Made by a program: the position numbers and the translations under genes. The notes under the pieces are model-generated. The model was not told the DNA's origin. It searched no databases and saw nothing but the letters and a program-made list of their open reading frames with translations. From an uncultured delta proteobacterium (GTDB lineage Bacteria > Desulfobacterota > Binatia > UBA9968): a stretch of 64,000 bases of DNA. This document shows, in pieces, positions 42,784 to 53,657 of the stretch. The DNA is taken from positions 96,001 to 160,000 of the forward strand of contig CAWJBB010000027.1 of assembly GCA_963840855.1 (NCBI GenBank). The letters run 5' to 3'. Each line of letters opens with the position of its first letter. Within the stretch, counting starts at the first letter, position 1.

Positions 42784-43220
42784 ATAACGTTCCTCCAGTC
42801 AGCAGGTCTGGCCGCGAAATAAGCGGTCAGAAATGAAGCTCCTCGGAGCAAAGCTGCGGGGTTTCCTGCGAAATTCCCCGAAGCCGCTCCACCCTCCTTC
42901 GCCAAGGCTACGGAGGGTTCTCCTCGCCTTCATCCTCGCAGCAAGCTGCGAGGTATTCGGCGAAGGAGAATAAAACCATCGTCTTCACTCAGCTCGCGAT
43001 AAACCACGCAGCAATATTTCTCCGTGAGCGGAGTTTTCCGATAATGCTTGACAGCGATCAAAGTCCCCGAGTCGCCTTCCTGAACATAATCGGGCGATGA
43101 CAATATCTCCAGAATCCTCTCTCCTTCGCCGGTCATGTCGGGATGCCGCCGCTCAACATGTTCCGTTCGCTCCGGCGTTAACCGGATGGGAACACCAGTA
43201 ACCGACTTGACGATTTGCAT
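42771..43220 (-). pseudogene. Small RelE/BECR-like putative toxin interrupted by the PATE-like element
   Basis: IRLTPER.EH...RHP...VVYRE. Removing 42832-42969 restores DGFILTAYFAARPADWRNVIWKR*, overlapping the DUF2283 start. Confidence 0.72.
42832..42969 (-). mobile_element. PATE-like element, copy 2
   Basis: Same ends as copy 1 and inserted 3' of TTAT. Precise removal restores the host ORF. Confidence 0.78.
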
Positions 43221-43554
43221 TATCTCAAGTCCCGCTTATTCAACGGAATAGCGTTCCTCAATAAGCGTGGCGGATACTATAGCGCATTGTCTGCTATCGT
43301 TCTATTAACGAGCTTACCGGATGCGTGAACCTTGACTAAGGGCAAACTTCGGCCCTATGCAGCGCGATGCTGGGAATCGCGCCGCAAAAACGGCTTTATC
43401 TGGCCCGATTCCAAGATCGCGCCACAGCGAAAATCCCGCATGCTTCACAAACCATGTCCACGTGTTGGACACATTCCAGGGATATGTCCAAAAACACGGC
43501 ATTTTTGGACATATTCTCACAATACGTTCGTTTCGCGAACAATAGAAGATTGGC

Positions 43555-43768
43555 TCTTTATTCTCGATCTCCGCCGACACTTGGCTTCCTGCAAGACAAT
43601 CGCGTTGATCAGAATACCTTGATTCGGAATCAAATCCCCCGCGCCCTTCAGCTCCGCCAGCGCCTTGTTGCCAGCGATCGCCTTTCGCAATACGGCTTTC
43701 GTCTCAAGCTCCGCCTTCGGCGGTAACAACGGAAGATCGTTGAATGGTTTGTCCGGGTCAAAGGGCAC
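43555..43768 (-). pseudogene. Fic/DOC N-terminal domain remnant
   Basis: FDPDKPFNDLPLLPP...ALAELKG...IPNQGILIN...LQEAK, then SAEIEN after a frameshift. Confidence 0.78.
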
Positions 43769-43889
43769 TAGGAACTCTCCGTAACGGTTTCGTCAAATTC
43801 AGGCGTTAGACCCAACGCTGCGCGCCGTGATCAACTGGTGTTCCATCATCTCCCTCACCCCGTCCTCAGGGAGAGGGTTCGCGTGAGGG

Positions 43890-44002
43890 AGAAATCTTCG
43901 CTGCCGCTCAGCCTCCTCACGCGGAACACACGTCCAGCCGATCATCTGCGCGTATTTCAGGATGCGGGCTTGGACGGTTTTGTGTTCTCCGAGTGCAGGC
44001 AA
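43890..44002 (-). pseudogene. Duplicated N-terminal remnant of hsdR
   Basis: MPALGEHKTVQARILKYAQMIGWTCVPREEAERQRRF aligns with the HsdR start at 42232. Confidence 0.78.
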
Positions 44003-44016
44003 ATGACTATGAATTT

Positions 44017-45441
44017 CTACATAAAGAAGCGGTAGTCATAGACATCGTCGATGATGTCTGGCGATTGCTTTACGACGTTAGCGAATATTTGAGAATACAC
44101 GAGCGTGACGGGCAACGTCTTATAAAGAGTGTTATTGTTCCAATCGACTTTAGTGAGACCAAGGACGCTCGAACAAGTGTCATGCCATCCTCCCTCGCCA
44201 GAAAACCTTCGCAACATAATCGGGTTCGGAAGGGGCTTTAACGCGGCCTCCTTGAAAACCGGCTGGGTAGAGTTTTGGGGATTGACTCCCATCACACTGC
44301 CTTGAGTCCAAAACAGGCATTCATTTTCGCTGATCGGCTGATAGAGACCGCGGTCGATCGGATAGTCGGCGGGAGTAGGATTCAAGCCTTTCACTTTTGG
44401 GCCATCAACTTTTAGTCCATACCAATTCGTGCCGCGAACAATTTGAATAAGTTCCACTTCCGTTTTGCATCCGAAAGCATCCAATGCGCCTTGTATCTCG
44501 TCCTCCGTGAAATGAGACGTCTTATGAACAAATACTTTTCGTGGAATTCGACCGCTGTGCCCGTTCTGGTACAAAAGGAGACTACGGGACAAGACGGACT
44601 GCATCTCTTGGTAGCTGAGATAAGGGTTGCCTTTTCGATCTGTCGTAAATTCTTTAGTATCGTACGCGACAAATTCGAAGCCAGTGCCGTCGGGATCGAA
44701 CACCTGACTGCAGCAGGTAGTATATTCGTTGCCCTCCGCGTGTTTCTTTATCGCATAGCTTAGTCCGATATAGGCTTCGTCCTTATCAAACTCCGCCAGT
44801 TTCCAGGGAATGCCGCCTGCCTTTGCGTACAGTGCAACACTGATGCCCCACATAACATTTGCGCGGCAATTTCGATCAAAGGCCGTATCATTAATAATCT
44901 GAATCGGAAGGTTGAGTGGGGCGGTCTTGGCCTTTATTCGATCATGGAGATCGAAGCCTTCATATTCAAAACAATTTTCCCAGGCGCGTGGCAGATAAAG
45001 TAGTAAAACGTCGAAGGAATTTCTTTGCGACAATAAGCCTCCGATCGACTGTAGAATGTGATCGACGAGGCCTGTCCCGTCCTTTTTCCGAGCGGAGGCC
45101 AAACATTCGCTTAGGGCCGCGTATTTGACCTTTTCTGGTGGTTTGACAAGAGGAACGCGGAAAATATCTTGAAAGCCAGCATATCGCACATAATAATTAA
45201 CCGCCTCCTTTGGGATCGCGCTACCATTTAACTCCGAGACAATTCCGTCGAGCTTTCCCATGAATTCAGCCGGCGCAAAATAGGCAAGCCTCACTTGGCT
45301 TGGAAAACCAAGGCCTGCACTATAGGGGCCATATTTAGACAGACCCCGTAGCGGATGCTTATCTGTTTGCGAACCGTCAAACAGTAAAGCTGGCTCAGGT
45401 AAGACTGAGTGTCCGGAGAGAGTGTATGGCTTGTCACTCAT
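44017..45441 (-). CDS. Short prokaryotic Argonaute (MID-PIWI, catalytically inactive)
   Basis: EP.LLF, HPLRGL..YGPYS, MID motif [20 protein letters not shown] (no catalytic Asp), [15 protein letters not shown]-terminus. Confidence 0.95.
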   Translation of the reverse strand: MSDKPYTLSGHSVLPEPALLFDGSQTDKHPLRGLSKYGPYSAGLGFPSQVRLAYFAPAEFMGKLDGIVSELNGSAIPKEAVNYYVRYAGFQDIFRVPLVKPPEKVKYAALSECLASARKKDGTGLVDHILQSIGGLLSQRNSFDVLLLYLPRAWENCFEYEGFDLHDRIKAKTAPLNLPIQIINDTAFDRNCRANVMWGISVALYAKAGGIPWKLAEFDKDEAYIGLSYAIKKHAEGNEYTTCCSQVFDPDGTGFEFVAYDTKEFTTDRKGNPYLSYQEMQSVLSRSLLLYQNGHSGRIPRKVFVHKTSHFTEDEIQGALDAFGCKTEVELIQIVRGTNWYGLKVDGPKVKGLNPTPADYPIDRGLYQPISENECLFWTQGSVMGVNPQNSTQPVFKEAALKPLPNPIMLRRFSGEGGWHDTCSSVLGLTKVDWNNNTLYKTLPVTLVYSQIFANVVKQSPDIIDDVYDYRFFM

Positions 45442-47209
45442 TTGGACTTCCACCGAAACTAAAGGCTGTGCGCGTGTTGACACTGAAAGTCGGCGAATAG
45501 TCTGACGCAGGAAAACATGAAATCCGGATCTCTTGTCCAGTCCCGATGAAGCCGAAGAGAACTCTTATCCATGCGTCGAGCAACTGATACGATTGGTTAT
45601 TGTATCGACGCAATTTCTTGCTGCGTAGAAAATCGCTAGCGTTCTCACGCTCTGATAATGGCGTTACCCAGATATCCGGCCGGATCAGAAGCCACAGCGA
45701 CCCATTTCTTTCTTCAAGCTTGATAGAGAGAGCCTCTGCCCAAAACACTTTGTTCAATCCCGTCACGGACCCAGTAATGTACCCTGGCTTGTTCTGAAAT
45801 CCCAGCGCATTTTTGAGTGGCTGAAGAAGTAAATTATTGATCTCTTTATGATTGACGACGGCGTAATAAGTTCTATTCTTACGTCTTAGCAGTAAGGGCT
45901 TATCGTGGCACAGCGATTGCCCCACCGCCTCGTCGAAAAACGATTTAATGATGCCTGATTGCGCTACGGACGCTATAGAATCGTCGAAGTTGTAATCTTT
46001 GATCGCTTTCACTGTCGGTTTGTCCAATATCTTGTAAATCTCATTTGGGTCTCCCCAAAACAAAATCTGGTCCGTGTAGGATAGAATGGCATTGGGCTGA
46101 TGTTCCCACACTTTGTCTTTCAACTCCCGGAACGTCATCGGAGCGGCATAATCAACGCTTCCGCATTGCCTGGGCCAATCGGTTATTGCCAGCGCATTTG
46201 TCCGAAGGATCGGATACCTTGTGCCCGGCGAGGGTAGCGGAATAGAAACGGGTAGTGCCTTGGCTGTGCGGACTTTCAAATCCAACTTTTCCGGTTTTTC
46301 AGGAAGTTGCCGCCACATCTTCAAAAGTATTATGTCGAAAGAGCCTATTTCTATGATATGTGCGCGCACACCTTTCTCGCGTGCCGCCCTGATTAAGCCA
46401 CGTACCAAATCCGTTACATCGGAAAGGCGCGGAGTCAACCAAAACAAGCCTTGCGGAAAGGCGTTATTCTGTTCGAGAGCCGAACGAAACATAGCCATGA
46501 CATTGGCGTCGCGGCCACTATAGCCACTGACTATGAGTCCGTATCGATCAGATGCCGCGAGGAAGGATCTTTGGATTTCTTTGTCGTTGTTCAACAAATC
46601 TGAGGAAAGGTTTTTGATGCTCTTGTAGCGAAAGTCGCCATGTATCTTGGCATAAATAGGAAACCGCTCGCTGTTCAATGCATCAAGCGCGGCGTATGCT
46701 CCCTCAAGGTGGAACGTCGTCAAGCTCTTTCCCGTTACCGCCGAGTAAGCTGTTTCTATAACTTCGTCAAAGTTAGTGGTAAAGACGACTTTTGCAAGTC
46801 CCATTTCCAGAATCGCCGCTAAAACTCTATGGCCAATATTCAGCGATATTTTTTGTGAGTCCAATTGATCGCTGATGTACTGTTGCTGCAAACTATAATC
46901 CTTACCGAATGTCAGATCGAAATAGAATGAATATTCCTCTGAGCTCCAAAGAGCGGGGAAACCTTTACTGTCTACATAATTTTGAATCTTCCATCTGATC
47001 GCCTGGTTGTTGATATCGTGAGCTTGTAGATCTTGATTTTCCTGAAGACAATAATACTTTCGTTTTAAATCCCAAATTATATCTGTGGCTGTAGGCATTC
47101 CCGCGGTGCGAGATGTTCCTGCGCCAAGAAACCACATTAACAGCCGCGCATTCTGGACATAATGGCCTAAAAACATCTGCGGCGAGAAATCATTGGCAAG
47201 TTCTTTCAT
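45434..47209 (-). CDS. Sir2-APAZ NADase, effector of a SPARSA system
   Basis: FLGAGTS, FTTNFD, KIHGD and VSGYSGRD motifs plus a C-terminal APAZ-like region. Overlaps the pAgo start. Confidence 0.93.
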   Translation of the reverse strand: MKELANDFSPQMFLGHYVQNARLLMWFLGAGTSRTAGMPTATDIIWDLKRKYYCLQENQDLQAHDINNQAIRWKIQNYVDSKGFPALWSSEEYSFYFDLTFGKDYSLQQQYISDQLDSQKISLNIGHRVLAAILEMGLAKVVFTTNFDEVIETAYSAVTGKSLTTFHLEGAYAALDALNSERFPIYAKIHGDFRYKSIKNLSSDLLNNDKEIQRSFLAASDRYGLIVSGYSGRDANVMAMFRSALEQNNAFPQGLFWLTPRLSDVTDLVRGLIRAAREKGVRAHIIEIGSFDIILLKMWRQLPEKPEKLDLKVRTAKALPVSIPLPSPGTRYPILRTNALAITDWPRQCGSVDYAAPMTFRELKDKVWEHQPNAILSYTDQILFWGDPNEIYKILDKPTVKAIKDYNFDDSIASVAQSGIIKSFFDEAVGQSLCHDKPLLLRRKNRTYYAVVNHKEINNLLLQPLKNALGFQNKPGYITGSVTGLNKVFWAEALSIKLEERNGSLWLLIRPDIWVTPLSERENASDFLRSKKLRRYNNQSYQLLDAWIRVLFGFIGTGQEIRISCFPASDYSPTFSVNTRTAFSFGGSPNE

Positions 47210-47224
47210 AATAACGCTTGCATT

Positions 47225-48478
47225 CTAAGTAGAACCATAAGGCATTTCCACTTTTGATTCTTGTTCTAGATCTGACAGGTCGAGGTCATTAACCCGAATC
47301 TGCGCCGTCATCAACTCGTGCAGTAGAGTGCGGAAGAGGTCGGTGAATGCCCATTTTCGCCGCTCACACGTCTCAGTTTTTCGTTCGATCTCTTCGAAGA
47401 CGCCAGCAATCTCTGCCGTCTCTACCGCCGAGGGCAATGGAACCTTGAATGAACGCAAGTCGAGAAGACTTAGATTGGCGCGTGCGATATCCTTTTTCTG
47501 AAAGAACATTTGCTGCTGACCAACCGGTGACAACAGGTAGTAAACGATAAATGCTTTGACGCTTCGCTCATGCTCCAGCCGTACAAACCCTACAGCCTGA
47601 TTACAGTTCGCTCCCTCTATTTCAGGAGTACCGAGAGCGACGCGGCCGATTGATGCTCCCACAAGATTAATCAAAACGTCTTCACTTTTAAGGATTGAGC
47701 GCTTTTCGTGATTGTTGAACGCGGCCGGCAAGAACACGCGGTCGGAAAACTCCATGCGTCCCGCTCCGACGTTCTGGCTACGAACAAACAATACGCCTTC
47801 CGTCACATACTCGAAGCCCTGCCATCGCGGGGAAGAGCCTTTCGAAATTTTCGTAGCGAGTTTTCCAAGTTCGACAACTTTCCAACTCTCCGGCACGGGG
47901 CCGATTTCGGTTTGTTTTTGAGGTTCGCCGCGGAGGCCTTCGGTGAAGAGCTTGTGCAGGAGCGCCTTTTTCAGTTCCGTGGTTAGCGTGATCAGCCGCT
48001 CCTGCTGTTCGATCGCTCTCTGCACCAGCCCCAACACCGCCGCAATCTTTCGTTGCTCGCACGGATTCGGAATAACAATTGGCAACGTACGAAAGACATT
48101 GCGATCGAGAGTTGGAACGGATGCGCCTGAGCCAAAGTTTCCGAGTCGCAGGAAGCCTAAAAACAACGCGGTGAACTCAGGTGAGTTACCGTGAAAATCC
48201 TTTACGAACAGGGCGGTGTTGTGCGCCCAAAAATCCTGACGATAGAAAGTAACCTCGCCAACCGACCCACTTCGTCCAACGGTTATTCCCGGCGCCTTAA
48301 CATTCGCAACATCATGGTAGCCAATAATTCCGTTTGAGCCTGCAACCGGAACACTCCCGGTGCGAAAATGATCCCGTGTCAGATCCTTACCTCGTTGAAG
48401 CGTAGCGAAGTGATCGAAATCCGTCCTCAACCAGTCGTCTGGATAATCTCCCGGCGGTTGGAGAATCGTTGAATCCAT
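47225..48478 (-). CDS. hsdS: Type I R-M specificity subunit
   Basis: Two TRDs, central EQRKIAAVL...LKKALLHKLFT and GPVPESW, C-terminal LFRTLLHELMT. Confidence 0.93.
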   Translation of the reverse strand: MDSTILQPPGDYPDDWLRTDFDHFATLQRGKDLTRDHFRTGSVPVAGSNGIIGYHDVANVKAPGITVGRSGSVGEVTFYRQDFWAHNTALFVKDFHGNSPEFTALFLGFLRLGNFGSGASVPTLDRNVFRTLPIVIPNPCEQRKIAAVLGLVQRAIEQQERLITLTTELKKALLHKLFTEGLRGEPQKQTEIGPVPESWKVVELGKLATKISKGSSPRWQGFEYVTEGVLFVRSQNVGAGRMEFSDRVFLPAAFNNHEKRSILKSEDVLINLVGASIGRVALGTPEIEGANCNQAVGFVRLEHERSVKAFIVYYLLSPVGQQQMFFQKKDIARANLSLLDLRSFKVPLPSAVETAEIAGVFEEIERKTETCERRKWAFTDLFRTLLHELMTAQIRVNDLDLSDLEQESKVEMPYGST

Positions 48479-48481
48479 ATT

Positions 48482-50071
48482 CTACGTCGTGAGCGCTTGC
48501 AGTACTTTCTTAAGACCGAGGTTCGTTTCCGCGGCTTCTTGGTCAAGCGCCTCTAACTCTTCCACAATCTCCGCGATCGGCCGGTATTCATCCGCGTCGC
48601 CGGTGTGAATGTAACGGCTGGGAGAGATATTAAAGTCGTTCTTGGCGATCTCATCGCGGGTGACGATCCGGCTGAATTTTTCTACTTCCCGCCAGGATTT
48701 GAAAGTCTCTGCGATGCGCAGGATGGTATCGTCGGGGATGTAGTTTTTGGGATCGCCTTTGGCGAACTCGCGGCTCGCGTTGAGGAGGAAGACTCTTCCT
48801 TTGCGGTCGTCCGGTTTGGATTTGTTTACGAAGAGGATAATGCCCGGCGCGGTGGTGTTGTAGAAGAGGTTTTCCGGCAGGTAGATGATGCCTTCGATCA
48901 AATCCTGCTCGACGAACCATTTGCGCACGTCTTTTTCTTTGTTGGTGTTGGCGTTGCCGGAGCCTCGCGAGGCGGCGCCGGTGTCTAGGACAATCGCGGC
49001 CCGGCCAGTATCGTTGAGACTCGCGAGCATGATTTGCGCCCAGCCCCAATCGGCTTTGCGGCCGGGGAAGCCAGCGCCTTTTGGAAAACGGTCCAGCTCG
49101 TCATTGTCGTAATCGGTTTCTTTCCACCAGTCCTGATTCCACATGGGATTGGCGATCACTCTGTCGAAGGTCTGGAGGCGATTGCCTTTGCGGAACTTTG
49201 GATTCTTGAAGCTGTCGCCGATCTCGATCTGCCCCTGCATGTCGTGAATGATCATATTCATGTTCGCCATCGCCCAGGTCTCGGGCGTGTATTCCTGGCC
49301 GTAAAGCTGGAGCGGCGCGTAGCTCTTGCGCGAGCGTAGGTTCATTTTTTCTTGTAGAGCCAACTGGCACTTGATGAGCAGGCCCGCCGAACCGCAGCAT
49401 GGGTCGTGAACCGTCATCCCTGGCTCGGGGTCGAGGATGCCAGCCATGACCATGCCGACTTCTTTAGGCGTGTAGAACTCGCCGGCGCTGGAGACGCTGC
49501 CCTCGGCGAACTTACGGATGAGATATTCGTAAGAACGGCCGATGATATCCGGCTCGACGTCGTTGAGCCCCAAGCGCTTCTCGCTGATGCGCTCGATCAG
49601 ATTGCTCAAGCGGTCGTCGTCTAGGTCGCGCACGCCGTGGGTGGTCGCGTTGAAGTCGACCCGATCGATGATTCCCTTGAGCAAGGAATTTTCGTCGGCA
49701 ATGGCGCGCAGGTAGGTGGTCAGCTCCTGACCGAGCTTTTCCTGATATTTGTCCTCAGGCGGGCGTTGGGCGTCCTTCCCGGTACGGATCACTGACCAGA
49801 CGGTATCGTCCGGATTCTTCGGCTCCAACGGCAGGAAGAAACGCACGAGCTTCTTGTCGTGCTTGACGAGCTTGAAGGCCTTGGTTCGCGAGCCAACCTC
49901 CTTGGCGATGCGGTTCACCTCGTCGTCGAAAACATCGCACAGACGCTTCGCAAAAATCAGCGGCAGGATATATTCCTTGTACTTCGGCGCGTCCTTCGCG
50001 CCGCGGATTGAACACGCCGCATCCCAGATCCAGGATTCAAGCGACTTGTCGGTGTTTGAATTGATGGCCAT
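48482..50071 (-). CDS. hsdM: Type I R-M N6-adenine methyltransferase
   Basis: IWDAACSIRG, GEFYTP, DPCCGSAG, motif IV NPMW and LPENLFYNT. Confidence 0.95.
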   Translation of the reverse strand: MAINSNTDKSLESWIWDAACSIRGAKDAPKYKEYILPLIFAKRLCDVFDDEVNRIAKEVGSRTKAFKLVKHDKKLVRFFLPLEPKNPDDTVWSVIRTGKDAQRPPEDKYQEKLGQELTTYLRAIADENSLLKGIIDRVDFNATTHGVRDLDDDRLSNLIERISEKRLGLNDVEPDIIGRSYEYLIRKFAEGSVSSAGEFYTPKEVGMVMAGILDPEPGMTVHDPCCGSAGLLIKCQLALQEKMNLRSRKSYAPLQLYGQEYTPETWAMANMNMIIHDMQGQIEIGDSFKNPKFRKGNRLQTFDRVIANPMWNQDWWKETDYDNDELDRFPKGAGFPGRKADWGWAQIMLASLNDTGRAAIVLDTGAASRGSGNANTNKEKDVRKWFVEQDLIEGIIYLPENLFYNTTAPGIILFVNKSKPDDRKGRVFLLNASREFAKGDPKNYIPDDTILRIAETFKSWREVEKFSRIVTRDEIAKNDFNISPSRYIHTGDADEYRPIAEIVEELEALDQEAAETNLGLKKVLQALTT

Positions 50072-50247
50072 GAGGAAAATTTCTTAGCATAGTACGCGAT
50101 TTGACGGTGTTAGTTCAACTATGTATTAACCACCAAATCGCCGGCGTGAATGCCGCTCATTGGCCTCAAAAATAGTTAGTAGGAATGAACGAACGGGACG
50201 CGCGAATAGTCAATTAAACGTAATGCCCTCGGAGTATGCGCGTGTAC

Positions 50248-50634
50248 GATTGAAGCACCGCAGAGTTAATGCTAAACGAACAAAACCCTGTCCAAGTATC
50301 GAGTCACGGTAGACACCGGAGGAACGTTCTCCGATTTCGTTTTTTTTAACGAAGATACCGGCGCGATCACCATCACCAAACTCCCGTCCACGCCCGGCGA
50401 ACCTTTCCAAGCCTGTTAAACGGCGTCAAGGAACTGATCGATCAAGGGGTTTCGGCGGGCGACGTTTCGTTTTTTTGTCACGGCACCACCGTCGGCACCA
50501 ACGCGTTGCTCGAAGAAAAAGGGGCCAAGACCGGGCCTCCTCGTCACCCAGGGCTTTCGCGGCATTTACGAAGTCATGGAGCAGACCCGCGGCTACGGTC
50601 CGGCGACCTATGATCTTTTCTTCGAAAAGCCCAG
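50248..50634 (+). pseudogene. Degenerate direct-repeat copy of the hydantoinase A 5' end (matches 53618-54004)
   Basis: Near-identical DNA with ATG changed to CTG and small indels. Ends at GAAAAGCCCAG. Confidence 0.88.
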
Positions 50635-50702
50635 ATCGAATAACATCGGCCATTCGTCGCGAAGAAACTCGAATTGCGAGTCGGGAACCGCGATTTCGGA
50701 TC

Positions 50703-51896
50703 CTAAGATGATAGAAATCCGTGGACCTTCGCTTTCGGCATTTCTTTTACCCGCTTGAAAAACTCGCTTTCGGTAATCTGTGTCGGCCAATCCAGGTTGA
50801 TGGAAATGATAAAGTCTAATTTGCTGGCTGCTTGTTTGATCTCAATAGCCTGCAATGAGGCAAGATAAAATAAGTCGCGTATCAACGCTTTTCGAGGATT
50901 TTTTAGCCGATAGAGTCCAGCAGTTTGATTACTGAGTTCAGAAACAGTCTGACTTCCCTGGTCCAAGAGCAGTTGCAACAGCTGCACGTGCCGATCCGAC
51001 ATGACCCGCTTACGCGGCGAGCGCAGCCGGCCGAATAGATCCATCATTGTGTTTAGATAGAGCGCTTTGGCGACGTGGAAACGGATCTCTGAGAACAGCC
51101 TGGTGCATTGCTTCTCGATTCCCTTGAGAGCGAATTTGAGAAACGGCGTCAGATCATGGGTTAGCGCGCGCGTTTCAGCAAGAGCATTCAGATAACCGGC
51201 TTTTTCCTCGTAATAGTAGTTCGACATGGCGATGAAAAGCGTATCGCGTAGGCCGACGCGCTGCAGCATCAGTGCTTCCAGGGCACGAGCGGTCCGGCCG
51301 TTACCGTCCAGAAACGGATGCATTGCGGCAAAGTGGTAGTGGAGCGTCAGCGCCTGAATCAGTGGATCGTGATCCCGAAAAACGGTTCGCGTCGCCTGGC
51401 ATAGCTGCTGCAACGCCATTTGGCAATTGTCTCCGCCTTCGACGCCGCGATGACGTGGCGTACCGAAGATCACATTATCGTCTCGCCCCCTAAGTCGCCC
51501 TGGAGGACAATGGTCGTCGTCGCAACCGGAGACGATGCGGCGGTGGATCTCAAAAACCAACACTTCATCGACCGGCCTATCCGTTGCAAGTTGGGCAATC
51601 CAACGATAAGTCGCTAAAGCGCACGCCGCTTGGCGCTGCGATCGAGTCTCAAGTTGTTGCGGCGTTTCCCGCATGGCAGCGTCCAGTTCTCTTTCCGTGA
51701 ACTCCGCGCCTTCGATCCGCGATGTACCGGCGACTTCACGCTTGAGTTGGATTTGCTGAAGTTCTTCCGCCCAACTGCGCTGATAGGGGATCTGCGTCAG
51801 CGCCAACATCGCCGCCCTCGCTCCCAGTAGTTCGACCTGAACCGCCGCCAGATCGAACAGAATCCACTGCCGGGGCATCTCATAAGGAATCGTCAT
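50703..51896 (-). CDS. Fic family protein
   Basis: Canonical HPFLDGNGRTAR and N-terminal TSRIEG. Confidence 0.92.
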   Translation of the reverse strand: MTIPYEMPRQWILFDLAAVQVELLGARAAMLALTQIPYQRSWAEELQQIQLKREVAGTSRIEGAEFTERELDAAMRETPQQLETRSQRQAACALATYRWIAQLATDRPVDEVLVFEIHRRIVSGCDDDHCPPGRLRGRDDNVIFGTPRHRGVEGGDNCQMALQQLCQATRTVFRDHDPLIQALTLHYHFAAMHPFLDGNGRTARALEALMLQRVGLRDTLFIAMSNYYYEEKAGYLNALAETRALTHDLTPFLKFALKGIEKQCTRLFSEIRFHVAKALYLNTMMDLFGRLRSPRKRVMSDRHVQLLQLLLDQGSQTVSELSNQTAGLYRLKNPRKALIRDLFYLASLQAIEIKQAASKLDFIISINLDWPTQITESEFFKRVKEMPKAKVHGFLSS

Positions 51897-52121
51897 GAAC
51901 CTATTGTAGCCTAGTTCATTTCCGAGTGGAATGCTTCATTGTATCATAAAAAATATATAAATATCAATCACTTAGCGATAGATTGCCGATTCTGGAGGTG
52001 TTTTCATTTCCCATTTCATTTCCGTCTCATTTCCAAGGTATGGCAGAATCCTGAGAGGACGATCAGTGATCGCGTCGTTAGTCGCCAAAGATTCTTCACA
52101 TGCGAAGACACACAGATGAAC

Positions 52122-53151
52122 CTGGATTCCGGCTTTCGCCGGAATGACGGGCACCGGTATTCCCAGCACTCATTTCTAAACGGACAGTTTACATCCGGTC
52201 AGCGTCACCCCGGCGAATGCCGGCGTCCAGGATCTTCCACTCCAATCAGAGCACACGTTAGAAAGAAATCTGGATTCCGGCTCTCGCCGGAATGACGACC
52301 CTAACATCGTTCCGTCGCCCGCTTGTACTGCACAAATGAACCATTGCATTTTCTTCGCGTCACCCCGGCGAAGGCCGGGGTCCAGGCCATTTTTGGCCCC
52401 AGCACAGCGTATCAACAACCTGGATTCCGGCTTTCGCCGGAATAACAGGAAGAACTGCATCTCCCATGTCTCCCCGGCTGATCCGCACATTCAGATCCGG
52501 TCACAACAACGTTTCATACAAATCCACCCATTCAGGATTGGTCTTTTCAATTAGATCTAGCTTCCATGCGCGTTTCCATTCCTTGATCGCTTTCTCCCGC
52601 TGGATAGCCGATTCCATTGAATCGTGTGGTTCATACCAAACGAGTTTGTCCACACCATATTTCTTGGTGAATCCATCTACGACGTGATTCCTATGCTCCC
52701 ATATTCGCTTGACGAGATCGGATGTGACGCCGACATAGAGCGTCCCATTGCGACGACCAGCAAGTAGATAAACGCAAGGCTGTTTCATTGGCAGAAAAAA
52801 GTCTCGTCACCCCGGCGAAGACCGGGTCCAGTCTGTCGGATCGTCATCGACGCAACTTACGAACCTGGATTCCGGCCTGCGCCGGAATGACGAGCTTAAC
52901 GTCGTCCCATCGCCTGCTGTGAATCCTCTTCAGCGTCACCCCGGCGAAGGCCGGGGTCCAGGTTCTTCGACCATCATTGCAGCACTTTACGACTCGCGCT
53001 ACCGACATCACAACACTGCGAATTGAGAGTAACGAATAAGAGAAAGATAGCCTGGATTCCGGCATGCGCCGGAATGACGGAGGAAAGAGCCTGCTTACGA
53101 TAGCATGGGTGCATGCCTTACAACGTCACCCCGGCGAAGGCCGGGGTCCAG
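52122..53151. repeat. Ten CGTC-type REP palindromes in strictly alternating orientation around a GIY-YIG gene
   Basis: CTGGATTCCGGC.T.CGCCGGAATGACG at 52122, 52270, 52420, 52865 and 53052. CGTCACCCCGGCGAAGGCCGGGGTCCAG-like at 52203, 52358, 52805, 52934 and 53124. Confidence 0.9.
52501..52788 (-). CDS. Small GIY-YIG nuclease (YhbQ/UPF0213-like)
   Basis: CVYLL...GTLYVGVTSDL..R..EH and AIQREKAIKEWKRAWK...NPEW.DL. Confidence 0.92.
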   Translation of the reverse strand: MKQPCVYLLAGRRNGTLYVGVTSDLVKRIWEHRNHVVDGFTKKYGVDKLVWYEPHDSMESAIQREKAIKEWKRAWKLDLIEKTNPEWVDLYETLL

Positions 53152-53171
53152 GTTCACCCACCAGACAATCC

Positions 53172-53350
53172 TCACAACTCCCCTCGAAAGGCGCGGTGCT
53201 GGAGCGAAGCGAACAGCGCGTCCAGCTCCGCCAGCGACGCGCACTGCGCCGTCTTCAGCTTCTCCACCGCACGAACCCGACGAGCGAATTCGCGCTGTAA
53301 CTCGATGGGGGGAACGAGCACTAAGCTTTTGAGGTTCGTAACATCAATTC
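53172..53350 (-). pseudogene. C-terminal remnant of a second hsdS
   Basis: VPPIELQREFARRV...LDALFASLQHRAFRGEL is a typical HsdS C-terminus. Confidence 0.78.
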
Positions 53351-53657
53351 CGGGCATCTTTATACGAATGAGCGGAGTTGATTCAAGGCTGAATTGAGGT
53401 GGCCTAATGGCGGTTCGTTCAAGATTCAACGTACTGAGTGGCTCGGAAGACGCTGGTTCCAGTCGTTCCAGTTGTACCGGACGATCAAATCGTAAAGGAA
53501 ATAGTTGGAATGGACGCTTCCACGTTTCGGGAATTCCCGAAACGTCGAAATGAACGGGCCATCCGGAAAGGACAGGTTAAATATCGCACTTAACGCTTTC
53601 GGGGCACGCGGGAGCATGATTGAAGCACTGTAGATTTAATGCTAGACGAACAAAACC

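Noticed and set aside
52122-53151. Repeat-spacer pattern as a CRISPR array
   Set aside because: Repeats alternate in orientation and sequence, spacer lengths vary widely and there are no cas genes. The pattern fits REPs.
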